A DNA stretch of 64,000 bases from Dudresnaya verticillata. Taxonomy: Eukaryota. The translations under genes were made by a program, and so were the position numbers. Position 1 is the stretch's first letter. The number at the start of each line of letters is the position of its first letter. Below, in pieces: positions 36,541 to 48,127 of this stretch. The stretch is from the NCBI GenBank assembly GCA_977862235.1, contig OZ374557.1, positions 620,001-684,000 of the forward strand, written 5' to 3'. The notes beneath the pieces are model-generated. The model worked only from the letters and a program-made list of their open reading frames with translations. It did no database searches and was not told the DNA's origin.

Positions 36541-36768
36541 CGCACCTCTACAGAGTCTGATATATCCCACATCGCACTCCGCACAGTGCGACAACTTGGA
36601 TATATATATGTATAGTGCGCAATGCACTGCACCTGGCAACGGTAGTTGTACAACTCGATTGGCGCGAAGCTCAAGAAGGGTGTTGATTGTGCTGCTGTTT
36701 TGAGGCTTCAAGCTATTGTACATCCTATCATGACCTATACTTTTAATTTAAGAGATAACTTTGCGTTT

Positions 36769-37366
36769 AGGGGGGTGACAGGGTCCCATTTTGTGGTAAA
36801 CAAGGGGTGAAACGCGACGTTTTGCGGTGAATGGGGTGACGCCGGTCAATTTGCAACAAGAACAGGTCCGACATAGCTGGTTTTGCAAGCACTACCACGG
36901 AGACACCGCGAAGCCTGGCCCAACAAAGACAAAACGTGCACTACTCGAGGGGTGCCCTGCTAGGCTTGGTACAGTACTGCAACGGCGAGCTCCGCGAGCT
37001 GTTTCGAACACCGTGGTATCTGTGCGGTAATCTCCGAGGTGACTTCGCGCACCTCGTATAGTATCCGCGTGGCGGTGTGCAGTGCGCTGGATCGTGCCAG
37101 CTCACTGCACTGTAAGAAACACTGTAATGGGCACCCAACGATCCGACACTCCCTCCGTTCGTACATTTCCGCCATGCGGTCAAAGCGAAAACGCGCCCAA
37201 GGTCATCTGCGAAGTGTGCATTCCGAGCAACTCGAGAGTCACCCCAACAGAGTACCTTCGCGTGTATCTGTGCTGCAATTTGACGGTGTGGTGATGAAGG
37301 CTGCCGGCTTGACCTCAATTGGGGATGCCGTGTCACCCGGAGCCGTGGTAGTCAAATGAAAGAGCC
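36769..37366 (+). other. Possible truncated DNA-transposon terminus
   Basis: GGGGTGA repeated near 36772, 36804 and 36833; cut off by the LTR at 37367; no partner terminus found. Confidence 0.2.
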
Positions 37367-38138
37367 TGTAGTATAGACGTCGGTTCGATCCGACGTCTAA
37401 TACTTGCTGATCCGAAGCCGCCACACCGACCCGTCGATGGGTAGCTGTTGTGGGTGGTAGAGCGGTGTCGTCCGCGTGCGCCCTGCAGGTGTGGATCGAC
37501 AGCTTCGTTGCCGGAGCGGGCACGGGGCGTACCGTACGCGGGTCGGCAGCGGCCAGATCCCAGCGTCCCTGTCGAAGGGCGGCACGAAGCCGACGGAAAG
37601 GAAAAGGAAACGGGAAAAGCCTAGCAAGGCAAGGGGAAAAAGGAAAAGCGCCCGCTGGCGTCAGGCAAAGGGATCTAACCCAAAGAGGATGGGGGCAAGC
37701 TTCAGCGCGAGCTGTTGCTTGCCCGGTTTACTCAGCTGTCGATGGAAGACGGCCTTAAATACCCTACGTTATGTACACTACGGCTACTCTACAGTAGATG
37801 CGCCCCACAACACCAACGCGAGAGGTGTGCGAGCGCGCGCCCATACAAGTGTCGACACGTCCGGGTAACGGCTACCCGTGGGCGCGCACGGGGCGTAACG
37901 GGCAGCGGCCCTCTCAACGGCTCGATGCCGGAGAGCGTCACTGGGGCGCGCCGTGTGCGGCACGGCGCGCGGCCGATGGCGGCAGCAATGCGGTCGACCG
38001 CTACGAAATCAACGAAAAATAAAGGCACGCTGTCCAACCAAGACTCGCCAGCGGGGGTCATCGTGTGCACCATTACAATGCAGGGTTGCCAGCATACCTT
38101 ATAGCCGCTGCTGATAGTGTGCTGACAGCTATACTGCA
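37367..38138 (-). repeat. 3' LTR of family D
   Basis: TGTAGTATAG...CTATACTGCA; adjacent purine tract GAGGGGGGGCCG on the minus strand. Confidence 0.92.
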
Positions 38139-38464
38139 CGGCCCCCCCTCAAGCGTGAGCGTCCCGTTCACGGCCGTTGAGGTTTCCCGGGGCCACGATG
38201 GCAATCCCGAGTGGCCGTTGACAGTGATTGGCACGCGCGCCCGTCGACGGTGTATGCGCGTGTCCGCCCGTCTGCGCCGCTGCGCATGTAAGGATCACTG
38301 CGTAGTCGGCGCTGAGTACGTTGCGGGTATCGCTCTCCACGGCCTCCCCCTCGCCCACACGCTTATGCACACCAGTGACCGTTGTCCTGTGTGTGTGCCG
38401 TGCTACGCTACCTCCGCCCCCTTCACCTCGGCGCGATTGCCCACGTCGACGTGCGGCGATAGGG

Positions 38465-39942
38465 ATGTCTAAGACGCGCTCGTCTGCCATTCGGGGCGCC
38501 CCTGACGAAGGATCGCCCAGAACCAGGCCGCCGCCGGCCTTTGGTGCGCCATCGACGGCTGCACCGGCGGAACCGGTGGCGGCTGCCCAACGACCCCAGG
38601 CACAGTATGCGCCTGGAAAGAGCGCCGCTGCGCTGTTCCACCCACCGCTCGCTGCGGTTGCGGCTTCGGTGCCCACTGGCCCCACTGCCGCTTCGGCGGC
38701 TGGGGCCGGTGCCGCTGCGCATGCCGGCCCACCAGCTGCCGACGAAGCTGGAGACGGCGCCGCTGCGCCCGCCAAGACACCGGGGATGGGTCCCGCCACT
38801 GCGGTTGACACATCTCTCGCAGAAGTGCCCGCTGCGCGAGCAGCCGCTGCGCTGGCTCAGGGTAAGGCGACCCGACCTCTGCCGAGCTACGAGGAGGTCG
38901 AGGTGGCCAACCAAGACTCGCCGCTGCGTGGCTTGGAAGGCCTGGACCGGAGTGGAGCGGTCGATGCCGCTCCATGCCCAGAGGAGGTGGGTCCGGTCGC
39001 TGTACCCTTTACCGCTCCGCGCGTCGACGCGCCACCTGTGGTTCGTGCCCTTGACCTGACGGGGTCGTCGACGGCCTCCGCGTCAAGGGGGAGCAGAATG
39101 CCGCCTGTTGCGGCTCCATTTCTGCCCCGCCGGGGCCTTGGCGCATCGGCGCAAGGCGACCCCAGTTCAGGGGCGTCGACCGCCCCTGGCACAAGCATGG
39201 CCGCTGCCATTGAGTCGTCTTTGGTCGCTGCCGTGGCTCCCCCTCTGCCGGTCATCACCATGCGAGGGGTGTCCCTGGGCCCCAGCGACTCGGTGTTGCG
39301 GTGCCCAATGCGGAGGCATTGCCTCCCACTGTCTTCGCGTGGGAGGCACCGCGCCACCAGATCCCGCTGGACTAGTGGCGTCGGTTGCCCGTGCCAAGGA
39401 TTGACGTCCAACGTCTCCTGTGCGTGGCAGATGCGAGCGATGATGGCGGGGCCGCTGCCTACAACGACTTCATGCCCGCATCGCCGGTATGGCTCTTACC
39501 GAACGGCCTACCGTGTGACGTCTCGCTCGTCACCACGATCAAGCAGCTGCTGATCGTGGGTAAGGGCGCCGAAGCCCTTTATGTGAAACCCGTCGATGGG
39601 TTCCGCAAGCCCCTCGCGGCCTCGTTGGCCTGGCTGAGGGACATCCCCATCGAGGAGACGCCGGAGGAGGCGCGCGGTCTGGCCGATGCCGACTGCGTAC
39701 GCCGCCTCCTCGGTGTGTGTATGGGGGAGTGGGACTGGGCGACCTGCCGCGCCCCGGTGATGGACTCATCACCACGGGTGCAAGTTTGCACCCCGTATTC
39801 CCACCGGGACGTGCCCGCTGGCATGATCGTCCCGTGGCCCAGCGTCGAGCGGTATTTCCACTACGCCACGTCGGGGAATGAAGCAGTTCGTCGAGAGCTC
39901 CTCGCTAGACGCTCCGACGGTATGCCTTCGAGGTGGGTGTAG
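38465..39942 (+). pseudogene. Antisense accessory ORF 1 of element D: Ala/Pro-rich N-half plus about 200-aa globular C-domain
   Basis: ATG 38465 (MSKTRSS...), frameshift near 39320, then PVPRIDVQRLLC...PWPSVERYFHYA...RWV*. Confidence 0.55.
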
Positions 39943-40475
39943 TGCAACACCAAGGGGGCCACTGAATGGAAGCAACACAGCGGGCCCAGCGGACGACCGG
40001 CCCAACGAACAGAAGACACTTGGCAATGGAATCACAACACCGGCGCACGGACGACGGTGAGTGCGCAGACCTAAAACGCGGCCGAAAAGTGTACACGTGG
40101 CGCACACGTGGCCACCTACAACGCCAAGGCACACCATGTGGCACGTTGCACACGTGTGATCTGATTGAAGGCCAGATGCAAAAAGGAAATTGGATTTGGC
40201 CGCAAAACGAAATCAAGGGAAGACAGTGAAAAAATCAAGACAAAATCTAACTGGTTCGGCCAGTCACTAACAGACAAGTACTTGGTTTAGTCTCACAGGC
40301 GCCCTACATTGGCCCGATGTGGGAACACATGTAGATATTATAGCTAACGAGGAGTAACCTCGGGCACTAACTGTAGAATAGCCCTAGACTAGCGCGTATG
40401 GCCAAGTTTGGGCCTATTTAGCTGGCCACACACTACGGCTTAGCCGGAACAGGTACGAAGTCGTCCCGCCAGAGT

Positions 40476-40861
40476 TTGGGAGTAAAGTTAGCAACTAAGC
40501 CCCCGACTTGGTTATTTTCTGTCCTCAACGCAGGTTTTGGCCACGACTTTGTCTGCGCGCTCCCGCTCTACCACGCTTGCTGCCGGCGCGCAGGTCCGTT
40601 CTACGTTCTGGCCAGTTTCTACGAAATCCGACAGGTCTTTTTGGTCTTCTTGGGGTCTCCTTTGGCCGCCGAACTCGTTGGTGCTTTAGAGATACTACAG
40701 TGGGGCGTCGCTACGCCTCCGACATCCTATCGAAGGAAATCTGTTGGGTTCTCGACGACCGCATCTTGGTGTACCTCGATGTCTTATGGCGCAGCAGGCG
40801 CCCGGGATTTCCACGCCTCCGAGGCGCGGCAGACCCGGACAACATATCTGTGACGTTCTAG
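40476..40861 (+). pseudogene. Possible second short antisense ORF of element D
   Basis: Overlapping ORFs 40476..40853 and 40508..40861 read as one hydrophobic peptide over a frameshift. Confidence 0.25.
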
Positions 40862-41299
40862 TTCAAGCATCTGCTGAACGCGACGCGCTTCGTGGCCGCT
40901 GCTAGAGAGAAGCACACCCGTCGCCGCCACTTTGCAACACGCGTCGATGCGTTAATTTGCGGGGTCAACCGGTTGCGTGCGTGAGGCGTCGACGTCTGTC
41001 ATGCGCGAAGGCGAGGTAGGGGCTGTGTCTCATCGCCGCTTGCGAGTGCATGAGACCAGCCCGTGGCCGCTGCCCCAGGCTTGGTTAGCTGGCAGCCGCC
41101 TTGTGCGCGTCGATGCGCAGGAATCAGCGTCCTGCTGCCCCCTCTTGCGCTGCTGCCGCTGCCGCTGGCGCAAGGGTGACCTGCCTGGGCTCGGTGTGTG
41201 GTGATCACTGCAGGGTAGGGTGAGGCATCGATTTCCTTCGAAAAAGGCAACGAATGCCTACGGGCTCCTCCTCAAGCGCGAGGCGCCCGCGCCGAGGGG

Positions 41300-44200
41300 T
41301 TATGAGGAGGAGCGATCGGCTTCGAGCCGGTTGGTGTTTCGCCGCCGCTGCGATGCGAAGTACTGGCTTATCATCTCCTCGGGGAGATGTGAACGTGGCT
41401 CCCACGTCGGTTTGCGACAGCCGGTCCACTTCACCTTGAACACGAGCGTGCCATCGTCGGCCGTGCCGTGGTCACGGACCTTATCCACCACGAACCGCGG
41501 GCCGTCGACGGCTTTGGACGCGAGTTCCTCAGTGGTGGGTAAGTATGCTCTGCGCTGCTCAGTATCCTCCCGCAGCGGCGGGGGACAGCAGACGGTGCGG
41601 TCCACTGCGATGCGTTCGACCAAGCCGCCTCTGTCTATAAACAGCGTGCGCTTGTCGTTAAGAAGCACGCGGTAGGGCCCTATCGCTGGGCTCTGGAGCT
41701 TCTTGGGTTTCTTAACCCCGTCGCTCGCGTCGATGAAGACGTAGTCTCCCGCTCGAATGCGGGAGTTGACTTTTCTGACACGCTTGTCAAAGTCTTTCTT
41801 GTAACGCCGCTTCGTTTTGTCGAGAGCGCTCAATGCGCTTGCGAAGGCGGCGTCGAGCCGCTTGAGAAAGTCTGCGCGCACGTCCTCACTAGGTTTCGGT
41901 CCGGCCGCTGCCTTACGAAACTTAGTGAACTCCGGCGGCGGCCGGGACAGCAAGAGGCTAAACCGTGTCGTCCGCGTTGTGCGATGGACATGGCAGTTGT
42001 ATGAATAGTCAACGCCACTGCGTACCGATACCAGTCTTCCTGGTGATCATTGATGTAATTCCTCAACATGGCTATGACGGTCCGGTCGTAGCGCTCAACC
42101 TGACCGTTCGCCTACGGGTGGTAGGCGGACGTGAACACGTTGTTCAGTCCGAGGTAGCGGCACACTGCCTGAAAGAACTTAGAGGTGAATTGCTTCCCGT
42201 TGTCGGACAACAGAGACCTCGGTGGTCCATAGTGGAAGATACACCTCTCACAGAACGCCACTGCGACGTGGTATGCTGTGATGGTGCGCAGCGGCGCTAC
42301 TTGAGTCAGCTTCGTGAATCGATCCGTCATGACGAGCAGGAATCGCTTTCCTGACTTAGTCTTGGGCAGCGGTCCTAGGATATCGATCGCGAGCGACTCG
42401 AGCGGCCTCGTGGCTGGGAACAACTTCAACCGATGAAGGGACCTCCGCCAGCGTATGCGGTTCCTGGCACAATGTCGACAGTTCCGAACTGTCATGGCAT
42501 GTCCGCTCACAAGTGTGGCCAGTAGTAGCTCTCGCGGAGCGTGTAGAACATCCTGTTCTGGCCAGGGTGGTCAGCCAGGAGGGAGTGGTGCGCGAGCGTG
42601 AGAAGCCGCGGCTGTAGCGCTTCGGGCACCACTGTTTACTCCAACGAGGAGATGACGGGTGACGCCGGCACAAGAGTCCGTCCTCGTCCTCGAAGAAGTG
42701 GCTATCCCGTCGACGGGACTGCCGTGCCAACACTGTTTGGCAAAAGGAATCACGCCGCTGCACATCCACCAATTCCTCGATGGTTAGTGGTGAAAGGCAC
42801 TTCACCAGTTCGACCCGGGTGAGGTCCGTCGGCTCTTGGCTCGCGTCGATGCGGCCAAGGTCGAAGAGGTCGACGTCGTCGCAGTCATCCCAGGATTCGT
42901 CGTCGGCAAGCCCCGGTGGCTCGTCGCTGTCCGAGGGCTTCTTGGCCTCGCTGCCATTGCCGTCCGCCTCAGCCGGTCGATCCGGTGTCTTCCGCGTCAA
43001 CGCGTTGGCTTGGGACCGCGTGGTCAGCAAGACCGGCGATGCCTTGGGTTCGGTACTCGAGGCACCCTCCTTCTGGCGGTCAACCGCCGGGAGGTCATCG
43101 GTAGGGACGTCGTCGTCAACCTCCTCTTGCTGCCGTCGAGGCCTCACCAGGCGGGACAGCGCGTCCGGCACCTGGTGTACCCTACCCGGGCGGTACTCGA
43201 TCTGGAAGTTGAATTCCGCGAGTCGCAACCGCCAGCGGGTGAGGACAAATCAGTCAGGGACATGAGCCAGCGCAAGGTGTCATGGTCGGTTCGTACCGTA
43301 AACCTGGTCCCTTCGATGTAGGGACGCAGGGTTGTGATCGACCACACCACTGCAAAGCACTCGCGTTCCGTGACCGAGTAGTTTCGCTCCGCTGAGCTTA
43401 GTGAGTAAGACCAGTACCCAACGGGGTGTAACTGGCCGTCCTTTTGCTCCTGGAGCAGGACACATCCGAGCTGGTACGCCGATGCGTCCGTGTCGAGGAC
43501 GTACGGCTTTCCCTCGCGAGGGAGCCGTAGGATAGGAGGCGATAAGAGTGTCGCTCGCAGCGGCTCGAATGCCTCTAGCGCCGCTGCGCTTGGATTATCG
43601 AAATCCACATCCACATCCTTGCGGATCATATCCGTCAGCGGACGAGCGATCTTCGCAAAGTTCCTGACAAAGCGGCGGTAAACGTTACACGCTCCGAGGA
43701 ACGACCTCACCTTCGTTAAGGAGGTCGGGAACTGTGCATGGCGGAACGCGTCGATGCTTGTCTTCACCATGCGTAGTTTCCCCGGCTCGATCACGTGACC
43801 GAGGTAGTGCACGCGGGACTGGAAGAAGTGGCACTTCTTCAGCTTCAGGGACACGCCACCCTTTCGAAGCAGAGTCAGCACGCGGTCTAGGTGACCAACG
43901 TGCTCCGCGATCGACCGCGATAATATGATCACATCATCGAGATAGATCAAATAACACTGCCATCTAACTCCGCTGAGTATGATGTCCAGTGCACGCTGGA
44001 AAGTCGCCGGGGCGTTCTTAAATCCGAAGGGCATCCGCAGGTAGCGGAACGTCCCTAGCAACGTCGTGAACGTGGTCTTATCCCTGTCAGCCGCTGCGAC
44101 AGGGATTTTCCAGTACCCCGGGTTACAATCCAGCGTGGAGAAAATGGCAGCGTCGCCAAGACTGTCGATACAGTCATCCATGCGTGGGAGTGGGTGCGCA

Positions 44201-45831
44201 TCGCTCAGGGTTTTGGTGTTAGGACTTCGATAGTCCACACAAAACCTGAGCGTGCCATCCTTCTTGGGCGGCAGAACGACTGGCGATGCCCACTCCGACG
44301 TGGCGGGTTCGATTACCCCTGCACGCAGCATGGTCTCGACCTCGTTCTGTACGCGCTTTCGCATAGCGGGGCCCTGTCGATAGGGCATTGAGCGAATCGG
44401 CCGCGTGCCGGGTTCCACGTCGATGTGGTGTTGCGTAGCGGCAATCGTGCCTAGCCTCCCGTCCCACATGGACTGATGCGTCCGAAGCATGACGAGGACT
44501 TCTTCGCGGGTGACCTTGTCTTCGATAGACGAAAGGTCCACCTGCGACACCCAGTCCTCGACGGACTCTCTTTTCTCCGCCGCTGCGGTTGCTGCCCCTT
44601 GGAGCTTTGTGGGCTCGGGGCCCCTTGCCATCGACGGCGTGACTGGGGGGTCGTTGCTCCCCTTACCCCTGGGCCGCTGCGCTTTGTGGGGAAGGGTGGT
44701 GATATTCATCACCCTCCCGAACTCTTCCGCGACGTCGCGGTCCGGGGTTATCAGGGCGACTGGGTTGGGGACCGCATAGCCAACCACGGTACCCTTCGGT
44801 AGGGTCCAGGCTTTGTCCGTCCAGTTGCCCAAGATAACCCCGGAGGGTCGCCCCGACTCGATGTCGTGCACCCCGTTGGTCAGTCTCACGCCGTGGCGGA
44901 ACTGCAACGAGGGTTTGGGCTCCGTGTGGATTAACCCACTAGCCCCCGACGTCACCGAGACGAGCCTCTGCGAGTAGGCTGGGACAACCACCTGCCTAGC
45001 GAGGCGTATGGTGTGGGTATCGTGATCCCAGTCGAGGAGCTCCCGCTGGTGCTTCTTCGACAAACCCTTCGATGGGTTCTTCGGCTGCGTTGCCGGACCG
45101 GTTCCCTCGCTAGGGTTCCTGCGGGTGAGGATGGGCACCGAGCCTCCTTTCCTCAGCGTCAGCCTTCTCGACTCGACGTCGATTCCGCGCACGTGCGCGT
45201 TGATAAAATGCGTGTCTATCAGTACGTCGACCGGGAGCATGTCGGTGACGATGAAAGGCACACGGAACGTCGTGTTCCCCAACCTCATCGAGAGGTGGAC
45301 GACGCCGGACAGCCTCAGCGGAGTCTTGTCGGCGCCTGCCAGGCGTGGCGCGGAGTCGATCTCTGACGCGTTTTCCTCCCAGCCTGCGGGCAGGGAACCT
45401 CGAGCGATGAGATTGTACCCGGAGCCGGTGTCTACCGCGATGGTGTGGGGTATCATAACCCGCGGGTCCGCATCGAGGGACCCGGACACTCGGTAAATCT
45501 CGGAGGACAGGAGGCACACGTACCCATCCGGGGTAGTGGCCGGCTCTACGTCGATGCATGGAGCCCTGGTACCCTCGTGTCGAGCGTCGGGTACCGCCTG
45601 CCCCGCCGTCAGGGAGCTGCGCCCTTTCCGCCTGGCCTGTCGCTTGTGTCGACGCCGCGGCGGCCAGGGTGGTTTGGTGCGCGTCGCCCACGACGTCCCG
45701 GCGACCGGGACGTCGCTCGTGGCCTTCGAAGCGCCGCTGCGCTTGACGTGGGGGTTCTCTGCCCCCAACGCCGTCGAAGGTGAAAGGGACAGTGGGTCTG
45801 GTGTTGGACAAGACGGTGCGCGCGACCGCAC
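41300..45831 (-). pseudogene. pol: Gypsy pol of element D: protease, RT, RNase H, integrase, chromodomain; frameshifted
   Basis: VDTGSG, WASPVV..KKDGTLRFCVDYR, MPFG, YLDD, DTDAS, TDH, CRHC, DILGP, SDNG, IGPY, FVVDKVRDH...FKVKW...TWEP. Confidence 0.95.
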
Positions 45832-46700
45832 GAGCGGCGCCGCCTTTATTCTTTTTACGGATCGACCCGGTCAGAATTATCCTTGGAATCCGGACTTTCG
45901 TGCTCGATTCCAATTGGGTGTTTCGTAACCCCTGAGGCGCCTCGCGTCGATCGCGGAGGCGTGTCAAAAAGGAGAGGGGAATCGCTTCCCTACCCGCTGG
46001 CTGTCTCTCCCTTGTGCCGCGCGTCGAGCGCTTGCGGAAACCACTCGTCGGCGGTGAGGCCGGTGTGCTCCTGCACCGTCATAACTGCTCGGAGTAGTTC
46101 GCGGCGCGGGTCGGCCCTCGGAGTCGTCGATGCCTGAGGTTGACGGCCAGCGGGCTCGTCGAAGCCGACCCGCTTATCGGGTAGCAGGAACCGCGGTGCG
46201 TCGCCTTGGCGGTACTCGCGGCGTGGGTCTCGACGATCCCCGCGGTACCCCTGCGGCTCTCCGCGGTACCTTGGTGCGCCCATGCGCTGCGGGGGACCTC
46301 TCGCGTGGAAGCGTCGGTCCCCACCCCGCGGCGCATCGTAGCGCCGTGCGGGGTTCCTTGTCCTTGCGCCCGCTGGCGCGCGCTCGTCGATAAGCTGTTG
46401 GAGCATATTGCGCGAATGCGGCTGCATTTCCATTCGATGGTTGCAGTTCGCATACGCGCAGTACGTCTGCTGTTCCTTGGTGAGGTACGGGCACGAATAC
46501 ATGATGTGCCCGACCTCGCGGCAGAACCAGCAGATGTACCATCCCTGTCGATCAGGGATGACTGCGCGTGCCATCGCCTCCTGCGTTGGAATGAGCGGTG
46601 GTATGCGCTTGGGTAGGACCGCTTCGATGCGTTCTGTAATGTCGAGGGTCTCGACGGCATCGGTCGACCCGGCTGTCGATAGCGCGGGCGCGACCATCAC

Positions 46701-47600
46701 TGTGGTGCAAGGGGAGGCGAGCCCTTTTTCGCTGAAAGCGGGCAGACCAAATACGTCGACCGACGGAGAAACCGCCACCGGCGCTCACCACCGCCGTTGG
46801 CGCGTGAACACGTCATCGACGGCTTACTGGGGCGCGCGCGCACTGCGCGCCGCGCGCCACGCGGGTACTGTACGGTGATGGGCCGACATGGCGCCCCGGG
46901 GCACTGTAACACGGATCCGGATGCGATCCGGATCCGGTATCCAGATTGGTTATCTGGATCGCCTAAGCTGTAAGATACGCGCCTGTAAGGCTGCGGGTGT
47001 CCGCATTGCTGGCCCGATCCGCATAGGATCGGGATCGGACAAGTACCGGATTAGATCCAAGGCGCACGCTCTACAGTGCGCGCGCACGCACGGCTGTAAG
47101 ACACACGCGTCCACGTGTACGTGTAAGCACCCACACAGGGGGTTGTACGGCAATCTGTCAGGCGCGCGGCTGCATGCAACGCGTGATCTGTCAGACGCGC
47201 CTCGGGACGACACGTGTCCCGAGTTCCCGCACTACGCGCACGCACCGCCGCCGCCGCACCGCCGTACTATACTTAGGTAGGCCGTCCCAGACGTAACAGT
47301 AAACGCCTGGGCAAGCCGGCCTTGGTCCAGACTTCCCCGTTCCGCATGCGCGCATTCTACCGCTGCCTACGGCTCAAGCGTCTACCTCCCGTGCTTCCAC
47401 GTCTACCATCGTCCTCGACGTGTTCCCTTTCTCTTCCTTTTCCCTTCCTTTCCGCCTCGGGCGTTTACAGTCCGCCCAAGGCGTGCCCCTTTGCTCTACC
47501 AACAAGTCGCCCAAGGCGGGACCACACACCGCCAAGGGCGCAGCTACCCACCGAGCCCCGAACTGCTCGGCGGTCCATCGTCACCGACGTTTGCACCACA
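46701..47600 (+). repeat. 5' LTR, family A (900 bp)
   Basis: Perfect 10-bp inverted termini TGTGGTGCAA / TTGCACCACA. Confidence 0.97.
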
Positions 47601-47602
47601 TC

Positions 47603-47620
47603 TGGTCTTCCGACCTAGAA
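47603..47620 (+). promoter_or_regulatory. PBS TGGTCTTCCGACCTAGAA, probably tRNA-Tyr
   Basis: Complement ends ...TCGGAAG-A-CCA (G72, A73, as in eukaryotic tRNA-Tyr). Confidence 0.75.
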
Positions 47621-48127
47621 TTGCGCTACGTTTCAACGAGTTCCTCCGTCGTGCGACGTCCGACTCTCCGTCTTCAGACGTTTGTCGCTAATCGTCCACG
47701 ACGTTCAAGCAACTCTACGATTGTATCATGGCCTCACGACCGCCGCCGTCGCGAGGCTCAAGTTCAAGAAGACCGTCTTCGACGCCTGGGAGTGTACCCA
47801 CGTCAGAGACGTCGCTACAGCGGATAACAACGAGGTCTAGGCGCCTCGTGAGCCCCGAGATCGCGTCGGCGTTCCCGACGCTACCCCCGGGACATGGCCA
47901 CGCAGGCTCCCCCGCGTCGCTCAACGGAGGAGAGTTACCTCCCCCGCCGACGCGTAACCCCGTCATCGTCCGCACCTCCGTCCCCGAGGGATCGGCCCTC
48001 CGTACCTACCGCTCCTACGTTGACTCTGCTGACACAGTACAAGCCGAGCAACAGGACGTCGTAGACGGAACACAAGCCGACATCGTCGCGGGACAACCGG
48101 AACTTCCGGAACGTCGCTGACGAACCA

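Noticed and set aside
46888..47280. 130-aa ORF recurring at 8678-9070, 46888-47280 and 59300-59692
   Set aside because: Recurs only because it lies in LTR copies; no protein features and not evidently preserved in related LTR families
46701..47600. Hammerhead ribozyme (retrozyme-type LTR)
   Set aside because: No CTGANGA...GAAA core with supporting stems seen by eye
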